A stretch of DNA of 64,000 bases, from the NCBI RefSeq assembly GCF_001194135.2, contig NC_068982.1:50823756-50887755 (forward strand), given 5' to 3'. A model generated the notes under the pieces. That model did no database searches. It saw only the letters and a program-made list of their open reading frames with translations, and was not told the DNA's origin. Source of the stretch: Octopus bimaculoides. Its lineage: Eukaryota. The position numbers and the translations under genes are program-made. Every line of letters begins with the position of its first letter. Positions within the stretch are counted from its first letter, which is position 1. This document shows, piece after piece, positions 26,011-38,975 of the stretch.

Positions 26011-28527
26011 ACTATTTATGTGATGACTTCTAATCTTAATATATTTTCATGTTTCGACTAATTAAAATATCACTAATATGAAGCACTTCATTATGCTAAT
26101 TAGTTAATTTATTAAAACCTTATAAAACGGCTTCTTTTCAGAGAACGAAATAATTTAGGCCTGGACTCGTGAAAAGATAAATATAGATACTTTACGATGG
26201 AGTACTGCTCATTTCAGAAATGACATATAAATCTTTATAAACTAAATATTAAATCACATTGAAGAGAAATTAATCGACTATATATACCTCTGTGTGTGTG
26301 TGTGTGTGTGTGTAATTACCATCTAACTACAGGTACTATTCTGTTAATATGTCTTCTCGCCTTCGTCACCTCGTCGAAATCTCTCTTCCCTCTTTCGCTT
26401 TCTCTCCTAACATTTAGAAACATTCTATGTATTAAATAACTGAGTAAACCACTAACCTACAAGCAAAAACTGAAATATTCAGTTGCTGCTGTTGTTGTTG
26501 CCGATTTTGTTGCAGCTGCTGCTGCTACTCCTGCTGTTACTGCGACTACTGTCACTGCTGCTGGTGCTGCTGTTTAATCCCAGGTCAATCCTGGTTGACT
26601 AGACCTATAATCGAAGACACACTAGCCGAAACCGTGGCATTTTTATTTCAGAAGTTGTGTATCTGGGATTACATTATCTAAAATGCTCTCTCATTATTAT
26701 ACTGGTCCCCCGTTTTTAAGATGTAGGTTGAGGTAGATTTCACTGCTATTTCTAGAGAAAGAGCGATTGCAAATAGGCTTCTTTTGTGGCGCATCAAATT
26801 TTCAGTACATTCTCATTTTATTTTATATCAGGTATTTTGTGAAGAATAGTATCGTTAATTATAAGTTTCCAAGGGGCCAATTATTCTGATATTATATGCA
26901 ATTATTCTGATGATTACAACCAAATATTATAAAACATGAAAATTTTATTAATAGTATTGAACTATATAAATTGTGGATCAAACTTGGTTTACAAAAATTA
27001 TTAATTTGCAGAATATAAACGCAATAAGAATCTTTGGAAATTAGCCATCACGTTCGTTATTTTCCATAACTGCTTTTATTCAGCTAAATTTTTCAGGAAA
27101 ATAAAAAGACATTTGAAATTTGCACATCGTACCTTTGTATTGAAATTTAGTGGTATTAACAGTGATGAAAATAGTCCTTGAATACCATTTTTCCAGTAAT
27201 AACTATTATTATCATAAAAGCCAAATTGAAAAGAGTTGTTCATTGAATCGTGTGAAGAAAAGACGAAAAAAAAAAAACCATTGTTTTGTGCCAGATTTCG
27301 AATTGATAATGGCATTCTGCTTTTTTTTTTTTAATGTTAGAAAGGAAATAAAAAGGAAAAATTTAACATCTGGGTCAATATTTAACTGAAAACACCAAAA
27401 CACTACGCAAATTTGACACCTTGAAATAATAATAGAAAAAAATGACACTGAATTTGTCAAGTAATTGCTTCTATGAACTACATAATAGCTAAGGTTGAGT
27501 GACCTCTGAATGACTTCCTGTTTCTTGTTAACTAACAAAGGTTAAAGTAGGCTAGGAAAAATAATTTGATGGTCTATTTACAAGACGATGGAGTGTCTTT
27601 ATCTATGTGATTCAATATAATACTGCTTTTTCTATCTTTTTAAAGAAATTGAAAGTTGAAATATTTGATAAATGTTTTGCAAACTTTCTTTGAGAAACTT
27701 GTATCCATCGGCAGTAACATGACACTTGTCACTCTATCTTAAGAATTTCTAATCCCAATTTTTGTCAGTTATGTCAAAAACTACTGAATCAATTTTCTTC
27801 AAACTTCTAGAAATTCAGATGCAGTATATTTTAAAAGACTGAGCATGTCTGGCGTAGAAAGCTCAATATGTAGTTTTTGTATTTACTTTCCCAAGATGAG
27901 TAATACAATTTTTTGATGTAACTGGGTTTATATTGCGCCAAAAACTAAATCATTATATCTTGGTTACAGGATATTTGGGAACAAACCATTTATTATACGA
28001 TATTAGTAGCTAATATCACAGCAAAATATTGATTAAGTTGTTAGTCTTCGAGTTAATCTGAAAGCAGATGTAACATTTCCTTTCGTTATGGGGTTTCATA
28101 GACACAAAACAGAGAATCATTCTAACGCATGTACAGACGTCAGCAAACACAAATATATTCATTATATACTTACGGTAGAAAGATTGGATTTATCTTCAGC
28201 AGGCTCCAATATTAGTCTTTACAACCTTAATTTGAAAGCTCTTTGGTTTGCCTAGTGTTGAAATACTCTGGCCATTAGGCTGTATGTGAAGTCTTCTGCA
28301 CAGTTGCGATGCGATTTATAAATTTCCGTGATTGTGTATAGTGAAAGACCTCTAACTGAGCAAACCATCAATTTATCAAGGTTTGGTGGACACTTTTTTT
28401 TCTTTATAATTTACGTCTTGAACACTAGTGCCGAGCACGCGTTTCTTTTCATACACATTTTTCTAACAAAATATTCATACAGTATGCATAATGCTGCTAT
28501 GATAATAATAACAACAACAACAACAAC

Positions 28528-28557
<30 letters not shown>

Positions 28558-28558
<1 letters not shown>

Positions 28559-29108
28559 CCATGATGCTGTACCAGACACTGGCTCTCATGGCTTCAGATC
28601 TTAACTGATTAGAAGTGTTATCATGTACATGTTTTGTCTTGGTATAAAAGATGGGCTAATATTCTGTTTAATACCATAGCAAATATTCTGCTCAAATATT
28701 CTACCTGTCGTTTGTTTGATCTTAATCAGTTAAGCTGACGATATGTGCATCTTTGATCACGAGAAGTAGTGAGGAAGCATCATAACCATGTGTTGGGAAG
28801 AATTCTTTGGGTTCTGAATAATTCACCTCTGGAAACATGGGTGTTTCATTCAACATCCATAAACAACCATTATTCAGGGATCTTTAGACTGGGATGGGCT
28901 ACTCGACCTGTAAAAAATGTTAACTGGGACCCACATTCAAGGTCATGTGTTGTTTATCTTGATATGAGATCACCATGTCACGCACATATGGTTGTGGTGC
29001 ATGTACCTGGTGTACCCTTATCAGACGGGTAGTCATGATGGGTATACTGGGCTTCGTATATTTTCACCCCAGTGTCACTTTGATTCGTATGCACTGCTTT
29101 CTCATTAA
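28558..29108 (+). mobile_element. ~550-bp non-coding element (family D) embedded in an (AAC/AAT)n array
   Basis: Preceded by (AAC)n(AAT)n and followed by (AAT)n; colinear with 32074-32633 (reverse complement); no long ORF. Confidence 0.85.
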
Positions 29109-29117
29109 ATAATGATG

Positions 29118-29149
<32 letters not shown>

Positions 29150-29269
29150 TTCTTTAGTAACCACAAGAAAAACATGGACATTACAGGAAAAAACAAAGAA
29201 CGTTTGTGTGTGTGTGTGTGTGTGTTGTGGGGGTTTTGCATGTAAACAAGATCAACAATAATAATAACA

Positions 29270-29470
29270 ATAATTTTTCTATCAAAGGGACACAGCTTGA
29301 AAATTTGGGGAGGGAGCTAGAAGATTACATCGACCCAGTGTTCAATCGATACTTATTTTATCGACTCACCTCCATTCCAAAAAGATGAAAAACAAAGTTG
29401 ATCTTGACAGAATTTGAACTCAGAACATAATGATTTGAAAGAAACGCCACTAAGCATTTAAGCCGATGCG
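29270..29470 (-). mobile_element. SINE family B
   Basis: Reverse complement of the family B consensus. Confidence 0.8.
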
Positions 29471-29875
29471 CCGGATATTTAATCTAAGTACTCAGGAGGA
29501 ACAATACACGCACGAAAGAGTTATTCCGCGAATTTCATGTCTGAATTTCTTGGTGAAAGACTAGCTTTTACATTTGTTGAATTAATTAAATGTAGAAGTT
29601 GTAAATATTCATAGAAAAATTTCTGTCATAAATATTATCTCGCTTTACGAGTCAACGATAGATCCTCTGCAGAAGAGGTTACCAACTATCGGGTCGCAGA
29701 CCAGTACCAGGTCGGGGTCATTTGATATTGGATCGCACAGATAGAATAAGTTTTTAAATTTAGTTTCTATTTCATCACTATCGCAGTTTTTATGATGTTT
29801 CTTGCATTATACATGATGACTTCAAAAGATATACTTTAAAAACATCTAACTTCATTATGGAAATGATAGGAGTTT

Positions 29876-30099
29876 AAACTCATCAATGACACCAACTTTG
29901 GATTTGCTGTTATTTAGCGAATTCCTGATTTTATGCAGGTGTGTTTACGTCATCGTAACTTGGCAGTTCGGCAAAAAGGACCAATAGAATAAGTACCAGG
30001 CTTACAAAGAATAAGTACTGGAGTCGATTTCTTCGACTAAAACTCATCAATGACACCAACTTTGGATTTGCTGTTATTTAGCGAATTCCTGATTTTATG
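29876..30099. repeat. Exact 60-bp direct repeat (29876-29935, 30040-30099) flanking a SINE A fragment
   Basis: AAACTCATCAATGACACC...CCTGATTTTATG is present twice; a third, diverged copy lies at ~31230-31350. Confidence 0.9.
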
Positions 30100-30421
30100 G
30101 TGTTTTTGCATTATACGTATATGTATTATACATGTAACTGTTGAGAGGGCGCGTGGATTGGTGGTTAGGGTGTTGTACTTACAATTGTGAGATCGTGCTT
30201 TCGATTCCCGGACCGGACGGTAGTTGGGACTCTTGAACAAAGCATTTCATTTCATATTGTTCTACGATTACTTCGATACCTGACGCGTGGCACACCATGC
30301 ACCTGTACAGCTAATGTGGGTTTTATGGAATGAGTGAGCTAATGGGCAGCACAAACATTTGATAACTATGAACCAACCATAAGATCGGAGAGAGTCCACT
30401 TCAATTAAATAATTAAATGAT

Positions 30422-30820
30422 AGGCGCAGGCACGACTATATGGTAAGAAGCTTCCGGGTTCAATCTCATTGCGTAGCACCTTGGGAAAGTGTCTTCTACT
30501 ATGTCCTCGGGCCGACCAAAGCCTTGTGGGTGGATTCGGTTGACGGAAACCGAAAGAAGCCCGTCATATATATATATATACGTGTGTGTATATATTTATG
30601 TATGTGTCTGTGTTTGCCCACCACCACCATCACTTGACAACCGATGCATGTGTGTTTACGTCATCGTAACATGGCAGTTCGGTAAAAGAGACCAATAGAA
30701 TAGGTGCTAGACTTACAAAGAATAAGTACTGGAGTCGATTCCTTCGACTAAAACCCTTCAAGATGGTGCTCCAGCATGGCCGCAGTCAAATGACTAAAAC
30801 ACGTAAAAGAATAAAAAGAT
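30422..30820 (+). mobile_element. SINE family A, full length
   Basis: GGCGCAGGCACGACTATATGGTAAGAAGC head, (TA/TG)n, tail CAGCATGGCCGCAGTCAAATGACTAAAAC. Confidence 0.9.
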
Positions 30821-30893
30821 ATATTATGCACTTTATTGTGATTTGTTATAATAATAATAATGGAACACCCCTCCCACGCGACGAGTGGTGTTC

Positions 30894-30934
<41 letters not shown>

Positions 30935-31723
30935 GCATAACAGTTGTGCACGTGATGTTTCAGTGCGTGTAAAAATTGCTTTGCATGGAACAAGACCGTG
31001 ATGCAAAAAAGGGTTGGTGACAACTGTTCTTCCCGATTTCTCCTCTTACCATAAATAGCAGTCAAATTCCATCGAGTCACCCTTTGGAAACAAAATGTAA
31101 CCTAAATATACAATTATTTGGGATAGGCAGAGCTGGGACGTTTTTGATCATAAGCGAACTACCAGTGGCAACATATGTCCCAACAACAACTGGATAACAC
31201 TTTAAGATTTCGAAAGTATTCATGTATCTCATGACTTCAAAAGATATGCTTTAAAAACATTTGACTTCATGATGAAAATGATAGGAGCTCAAACTCATTA
31301 ATGACACCAACTTTGAATTTGTTGTTATTTAGTGAATTCCTGATTTTGATAAGAATTCACAGAAAGTTTTCACATGTCCAAAACATAGGACAAAAAACTA
31401 ATAACTTCTCATTGTCATCTGTCATTTCTGAATTTGTGTGCGTATGGTTGTGTTTTGTGCGTGTGCGCATGTGTATAAGTTTTTTTTCTCCCAGTATCAG
31501 AAATTTGTATCGTATGTCATGAACATTTTTACATTTCTAATCTTCTATATTTGCTTTCATAGTTCGTAAGCATTTCTAGTCTTTTCTATGTTTTTTTGTT
31601 TTTTTTAACGAAATATTTCCATATGTGTATTGTCATGATAAGAACAGTAACGACTCATTTACTATTTGAAATCTGAGTTTTGCTATTTGCATGTCATTCT
31701 TTCTTCAATGAATATCTGATTTA

Positions 31724-31756
<33 letters not shown>

Positions 31757-32041
31757 AAAGGAAAAATGTAACTATATTTGAAAAGTTACTGGACTTCAGT
31801 CATCTCTATTATTTCTACAGAAGCAACGCTTCTAAATAGATAAGTGCTGAAGATGGAGAGATTGAAATTCAACTAAAATTAATCAGCTGTCATCACCTAA
31901 GAAGATCACGGCTGCTTAAAGTTGTATATTTTTCATAGTAGTACATTAGACATAATTTGAAGCTTGCTATCAGTTTAGGTGTTATTAAAACGGCTGCCCT
32001 GATGGAAAAATTTGAAACTATAATTACTATTATTATAATCC

Positions 32042-32073
<32 letters not shown>

Positions 32074-32633
32074 GAGTGAGAGAGCAGCGCATGCCATCAA
32101 AGTGACACTGGGGTAAAATATACGAAGCCCAGTATACTTATCATGACTACCCGTCTGGTAAGGGTACACCAGGCACCAGGCATATGCATCACAACCATAT
32201 GTGCGCTACATGGTCATCTTATATCAAGATAAACAGCGCATGACCTTGCTGGTAGGGTGCAGTCAGAAGTTTCTTCAGGTCGATAAGTCCATCCCACTCA
32301 AAAGGTCCCTGAATAAGGTCTGTTTAAGGATGATGAATGAAACACCCATGTTTCCAGAGGTGAATTATTCAAACCCCAATTAATTCCTCTCAACACGTGG
32401 CTATAACGTTCCCCTACAACTTCTGCTCGTGATCAGAGATGCACATATCGTCAGCCACCAAGAGACATTCTGAACTGGTTAAAGTCAAGCAACTGAGAAG
32501 CAAATCTGTGGTATTGAGCAGAATATTTGCTTTGGACCATTTTTTATACGAAGGCAAAACATGTACATGATAACAGTTCCAATCAGTTAAGATCAGAAGC
32601 CATGAGAGCCAGTGCCTGGTACTACATCAGGGC
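32074..32633 (-). mobile_element. Family D element, second copy, flanked by (TTA)n on both sides
   Basis: Reverse complement of 28558-29108; (TTA)n at 32042-32073 and (TTA/TTG)n at 32637-32695. Confidence 0.85.
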
Positions 32634-32670
<37 letters not shown>

Positions 32671-32695
32671 GTTGTTGTTGTTGTTGTTGTTGTTA

Positions 32696-33451
32696 TCATT
32701 TAGAGTTTCCTTTCATTATAACTTTATTTCAGCTGCCTTAGTACTGGGCATCCTCCGGAGGCCAAGAGTAGCAACAGCACATTTGTTTCGCTATGCATGC
32801 TAAAATTATCACCACGTTTATTCCATATTAGATGGAGAATGCTTTCCGTAAAATATGGGCTGTACCTATCAAGGTTATCTTTTGTATTTCACAGAGATTG
32901 GAGTTACCAGAGAGTTGCTTAATATACTTCTCAGCTCTCTTCTTTATCATTCCCAATGCACCAATTACTGCTTGTATTATTGTAGTACTAAGCTTCCACA
33001 TTTTTGTGATTTCAATTTGCAGATCTTTATAGTGAGAAAGCTTTTCGTATTCCTTTCTTGAGACATTTTGATCTTGTGGGACAAACATATCTATTAACAA
33101 ACAAGTTCTTCAGTTGTAGTCCTTCATCACAATGTCTGGTCGATTGGAGTCAATTTTTCTGTCTCTTTGTATTGGGAAGTTCCTAAGGATAATGACGGCC
33201 TCGCCATTCACTACATCCTCTAGATGGTGCCTATACCACTTATCACGGGATTTAATTTTGTAGTATTTACAAGCATTCCAGTGGATGTGCTGCCCTAGTC
33301 TGTCATGTCTTATGAGGTACTATTTTTCAGCCAGGCAGCCAGAAACAACATGATCAATTGTCTCTGTGAATTTTCCACAAATTCTACACGAGGGATCAGA
33401 TTCATCGTTAAGGACGTTTGCATAGTAGTTTCTGGCTGGTAAGCTCTCATG
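32696..33451 (-). mobile_element. 5'-truncated R4/Dong-like non-LTR retrotransposon (CCHC knuckle + restriction-like endonuclease)
   Basis: CRICGKFTETIDHVVSGC, RHDRLGQHIHW, RPDIV, LLIDMFVPQDQNVSRKEYEKLSHYKDL, AVIGALG, GTAHILRK. Contains stops; bordered by (TTA)n on both sides. Confidence 0.85.
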
Positions 33452-33466
33452 ATTATTATAATTATA

Positions 33467-33499
<33 letters not shown>

Positions 33500-33610
33500 G
33501 AAGACTCTGCTCGTGGATTTCAATGAAGGACATGTGTTCGTGAGCTATAAGTTTTTGTTCAATTTTTACAAATAATAATGTTTGTTGTATCTGAAAATTT
33601 TTTACGACAT

Positions 33611-35492
33611 TTGTGTGGCCAGGCCGACTGGGCTCTTGCTGAGCTGAGCGGAGCGGGAGAAGAGTGTTAGCTCTTCCTTTCTTTTTGACGTCCCCCTCTG
33701 CTGTCGGAAAACAGCCAAAAATGTTTTAAATTAATTGTTTCCGCCCTCTCCGCGCCTTAAAAGGCAAAGAGAGGGACGACCAAAGTCTTGCTAGCACGTG
33801 CCACGCTGAGCAACAGAAGGAAAAAGAAGAAAAGAAACGCGAGATAGAAGAGAAAAAGAGCAAAGAAATTCAGCTAATGGACGCTGCTAAAGTCGGAACA
33901 CCTGTGAATCCAAGCCCTCCTACTACCACCACTAACACTAACATATTGAACACTCAACAACAACAACCCAATACATTAAACAGCAGAGGTTTTGCTTCAA
34001 GCGCAAAGCTTAGAAATGAATTCATTAATGTTTCTGTAGAATTTCTCAAAGGCTACAGAAACATGTTAAAAAGAAAAACGGTGTTTTGATAAACACACCT
34101 TTAGAGGTTATAGACAATACAAACAAACGTACCATAGTGTACAAAACTATATCTTTAAAAAATAGACGTTTACAAACTGCTAGAAAGCAAAGAGTTGAAA
34201 AAATGCTTGCAACCTATTTGGAAAGACGTAACATATCTGTCGATAAGAAATATAGCACAACTGAAGTCAGATATGCTACAGAAAACATAGCAAAACAACA
34301 CTCAACAGTCCAGCTGAGAAACAGTGAACTTGTCCTAGTTCCAACATACTTAGGACGGCGCGTCGCCAGGATAAAAATACTGGAGATACCACCAGAAATG
34401 AACGCTTGCTGAATTGTCGCAGCCGTCCTCCACGACTTGAAAAATAAAATTATAATCAACCAAGTCAAGAAACAAGGAAAGAACAAATGGACTGGTCAGG
34501 AATTGCAAATAATGGTCCAAATAAACCAAGACGTTTTGGAAAAAATTCCTGACTAACTCAGCCTTCCAGATGATACTATGCTGAACGTCACAGTTGAGGA
34601 CAGAAGGTCAAGATGTTATCAATGCGGACAGAATAACCACCTGAAAGCCTTCTTCCGGCAACTAAAACAGGAGGGCACTACCACCTTGATACAAGCATCA
34701 TCCACACCACAACTGAAGCAACCCTAACTACAGAAGCAACCCCAACAACCAAACCCACCGAAAAGAAAGCAGAGAGGGCTCCAGCAAACAACTGCACGAG
34801 AGACAACAATGCCAACAACAGAGGAGCTGACCACATGCACCACCACAGGGCCTACAAAAACACCACCAACGCAGCTCTTGCCAGAGGAACAAAAAGCATC
34901 AGCAAATTTCGACCCACTGGATCTACCCCTTCCCGATTTTGACTCATCAGACATGTCGTGCAGTGAGGCCGACAGAATTGAGGGGACAGAAGTCAGACGT
35001 AAAAGACTAGGAAAAAGGCACAGCAGTACACCAACAAATAAACGAGTTGTACCCCCACCCAAAAGCATCGCAAATCACCTGAAAAAATAACAAAAACAAC
35101 ACACCAACACCCACGCTTCCAATACCTTCACCAACACCACAGACACAACCAACAGTACAAGGCACAAGAGGGTCAACACAAAAAGGAAACGAAAATAACA
35201 CTGTGAAAAAATACGAGGAAGTAACGAGAGCAAAGATTAATCCGGAAAATCGGTGGCCCTGCAGCTCGGCACCTGAAGAGGCTGATCCATGCCAACCGAC
35301 AGGGTTTTTTAAGGACGTTGGACGGTCGGGCCCGTAAAATTGCTCTGGATCTGGTTCGGACGGGACCTCCAACTGGAGAAGAACTGGAGCGAGGTGAAGA
35401 GAAAGGTAGCCAGTCTCACTCAGAAATGGGCCGAGAGGAAGCGATTCTTGAAAGGTCGAGCCGAGGTGGTGAACACATATGTCACCTCAGTC
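33611..35492 (+). mobile_element. L1/Tx1-group LINE, decayed and internally deleted (5'UTR, ORF1, short ORF2 piece)
   Basis: GC-richer leader; ORF1 from ATG 33877 with stops and a CYQCGQNNH knuckle. From ~35203: YEEVTRAKINPE and GPVKLL-IWFGRDLQLEKNWSEV..W-ER---KGRAEVVN, the post-catalytic part of ORF2. Confidence 0.75.
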
Positions 35493-35742
35493 AATATTAT
35501 TATTAACGCAACGAGCTAGCAGAATAGTTAGCACGCCGGACAAAGTGCTTAGCGACATTTATTCCGGATTTACGTTCGGAGTCCAAATCCCACCGAAATC
35601 CTTTCAGTGACAATAAAATAAGTACAATTTCATACTTTGTGCCTATTGTAGAAAGAATCATCATCATCATAGTTGTCATCATCATCATCATCATCGGATA
35701 TTTTTTTGTATAACAAGACATGCTTCACGGCGCTCTCGTTTC

Positions 35743-36372
35743 TTGGTAAATTTTTGTGATTTTTTCAAAATTAGATTACATTTCACGCGATCACACAAAT
35801 ATAGAAAGATCTTTAATAGACATAATTTAAGAATCTCTTTCAGTTGTGCACCCAATGTTAAGGAAAAATTACTTAGCACTCCTAAACTACGGACAGAGGC
35901 AGGTTGTTCATGCAGGATTAGAAATGACTGCCCAGTGGACGGCTGATGTAACACCGAGGCTACAGTGTACGAAGCAAAGGTAGCCCCAAACAGAAACAGC
36001 ACAAATATCAGTAACATCAATGCCAACACAGGGACACACACTAAAATTTATGTCGATCTTGTGAATCCAAATTTAAAATTCGCCTGAACAACCACAGATC
36101 TTTCAGGGTCCCGGAGAGACGCAACACAACAGCACTCGCAGCATACGTATGGCGCCTAAAGGACGATCACACGCCCCTTTAACATCAGGTGGAAATTGCT
36201 GGAAACTTGTGGGCCCTATCGCAATGGAACAAGACTGTAAATTGTATATGGCAGAAAGATATATTATCCTCATGAACTCACATGAGACAGGAGGTTACCT
36301 GAACACTAGGACGGAAGCCGTGGGGAGTTGTCCACATTTTCGGAAATTTTTACTTCAAATTTGGAAGACAAC
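35743..36372 (+). mobile_element. Penelope-like element C-terminal GIY-YIG region (decayed)
   Basis: KIFNRHNLRISFSCAPN, CSCRIRNDCPVDG, VYEAKV, IYV, KIRLNNH, TALAAYVWRLK, YLNTRTEAVGSCPHFRKF; several frameshifts. Confidence 0.8.
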
Positions 36373-36477
36373 TCGCCCGGCCATAATTTTTTAAGAGGAA
36401 TATTTCTTGAGCTATCACCGGTGTTCTTATGTTTAAAAAAAACATTCTTTGCAGAGAACGGTTATCGTTTAGAAAAA

Positions 36478-36511
36478 CTGAAGAAATGTCTAGTTCACGC
36501 TAGATATGAAA
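36478..36511 (+). ncRNA. Hammerhead-like core remnant downstream of the PLE ORF
   Basis: CTGAAGA-A-ATGTCTAG/CTAGATAT (8-bp stem II)-GAAA; stems I and III cannot be formed. Confidence 0.35.
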
Positions 36512-36525
36512 TCAAAGTTACACAT

Positions 36526-36559
<34 letters not shown>

Positions 36560-36725
36560 CCGTAATTTTTTGTCACCGTTCGTATACACCGTCATTTATG
36601 ATTGTAATGGTATAACGGCATTTTAAGTCGAGTTAATTGTAAATTGTAAAATTGCTGGTTTGCTTTTAATGGCTTCGATTGATGTCACTGTGGATTTTGT
36701 AGTCAGTTTCACAGCAACTAATGAT

Positions 36726-36765
<40 letters not shown>

Positions 36766-38794
36766 TCTAAAAGTCCTCAGGTCACAACAATCCGGATTCT
36801 TTTTGTTTTTCTTTTGTATAGCTTCCGTGTTCTTTTTTTGTCTTTAGTTTTGGTGGAGAGGGTTGTTTTTTTTGTTAAATTCTCTTGTCATAATTGCGTG
36901 TATTTCTAACAAAGTTAGTTATGCCATTCGTAAAATATATACATATTGTGTCACATTTGTCTCACGCCATTTTCTGAATACTTCCAGTCATATGAACTTG
37001 TATAGGCTCAAATTTCAGGTTCAACAACCAGAATTTGACAACAGTTATGTCACCAGTAGAAACAACTTACTGACATTTCAAAAATCGGTTATAACGAAGA
37101 ATCAAACCTCTGAATTTATAACAGTGAAAATTATATTAAAAAATATTCTTGCGATTCCTGCACCCAAGATTGTATTTAGCAGCTTACAATATATATCATG
37201 ATGAGTGCGTGCGTTGTGCATTGCTAGTAAATGGGTGTATGCGCATGGAGGTAACATGTGGAGGAGGGACGTGGAGTGCGTCTGTATACATATGTGTGTG
37301 AAATAGCCCAAATAACAAAAAGAAATATATAATTCTAATGCAATTACAATAAAATTTATTATATGAATATGCCATATAGTTGGGGTTTTTTTTATCAGAA
37401 AAGATAATGGAAATTCAACTTAACTGAATATTAAAAATAAATGTGCGTACAAAATCTACATAAGTTATTTTTGTGCTTCACAGTCGTAAGGAGTGCCGCC
37501 TTTTTTTACATATATATATTACAGAGATCAGTGGTTCCCAAACGTTTTTACGCCAAGCCTTACTTCGCCATCTCCAAAAATTTCATGTATCCACTTCACT
37601 TAATATAAAAGTAAATTTTATGTGGAAAAAGTTTTAATTTAAAATTTCAATAATATAAGTACATTCAATAAAAGTTGCATTAAAAATGGATTAAAAAAAT
37701 TTGAGTTAAACAGTTATAATTTTTGATTAACAAAAATGTATCTTACGATACATTTTTTGAAGCTTTAAATTCACAAGACTATCTTAAAATACAGCGAATT
37801 CAGAGTTAAATAATTTCAGGTTGGTGACATTCTTCAGATTGATAAATTGCAAACTAGTGTTTGTGTCGTAAAAATACAGCATTTTTTATTAATTATAGAG
37901 AATAATTAGAAAGTCCATTTTTCCGTGCGGTTTCTTGATAGTCGCTTAGTATTTATTTATATACTTGATTCCTAATTTGTGTAATTTTTGTACTCTGTTG
38001 CATCTAATTTTCTTTCGCATCCTTTATTCATCTCATAGTACTCACTCTCTCAGTAAATATCTCTTTCATTAGTTTTATCACAGTCTTAATCTCTCTCTTT
38101 TAAAGAAACTTAAAAGTAGTCCACCCTGTACATAGTTCGTTATTATGCTAGAAATAGTAGAGATCATGTGGGTATAGCCTTTAGCATACAAACCAGTCAT
38201 AAATAGCAAATTCACTTGTGATTTGTTTTCTTTGGGGCTTTTTTAGTGAATTCAGATTTCCCTACTTCATTCAGTTGACCTCCCGGTAACTTGAAATCAT
38301 GTTAATATTAAAGAGAGGCAAGGATTTCCCTCGGGGGGTAATTTGAAATCGATTTCGGATTACCCTATCAAGTCTTTCCCCAAATGTTCGTTGAATTTGT
38401 GGCTAATATAGTGTTTTTCTTATGTTTTTATATACGTTGTACTCGTGAGTAAATCATAGAGAAAGAGTTTTGAGCGTCCACTTACTTGGCTGAAGTCGAA
38501 AATGTCGTATTTAAATTGTAATAACATAAAAGTTTTGTATAATAATGGTGTATGAATATATTTTTTGTATATAGATATATTATGCTTGCATTTAAAGTAT
38601 GTGTGTATTAATAAATTTTGTTTTGTATACCATATATTTTGATCGTTAATTTGTTCTTTAAAAAAATAATACAAAAATCGTGACTCAGAATCTTTGATGT
38701 TCAAGGTGTTTTTTTAAATATATCTTTAAAATGTTAGGGTATATACTGGAAAAAAGATCGTATTCCAAAACTTACTTTTTCGGTCGGCAAAATA

Positions 38795-38975
38795 ATATTG
38801 GTTTCACATTTTGGCACAAGGCCAGCAATTCCGAGGGTGAGGGGGGTAAGTCGATTACATCAACCGCATTGCTCAAATGGTACTTATTTTATCGATCTCG
38901 AAAGGGCGAAAGGCAAAGTCGGATGAAATGCCGCAAAGTATTTTGCTTGGCATGCTAATGATTCTGCCAGCCTAC
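38795..38975 (-). mobile_element. SINE family B
   Basis: Reverse complement of family B with an internal deletion. Confidence 0.75.

Noticed and set aside
26800-28450. Small exon candidates in a unique AT-rich region on both strands
   Set aside because: Several splice-like sites exist, but the open frames are short and conflicting; no consistent model.
28558-28640. HDV-like or hammerhead ribozyme at the family D 5' end
   Set aside because: CTGATG is not followed by the required core, and I could not build the nested pseudoknot by hand; left for a computational search.
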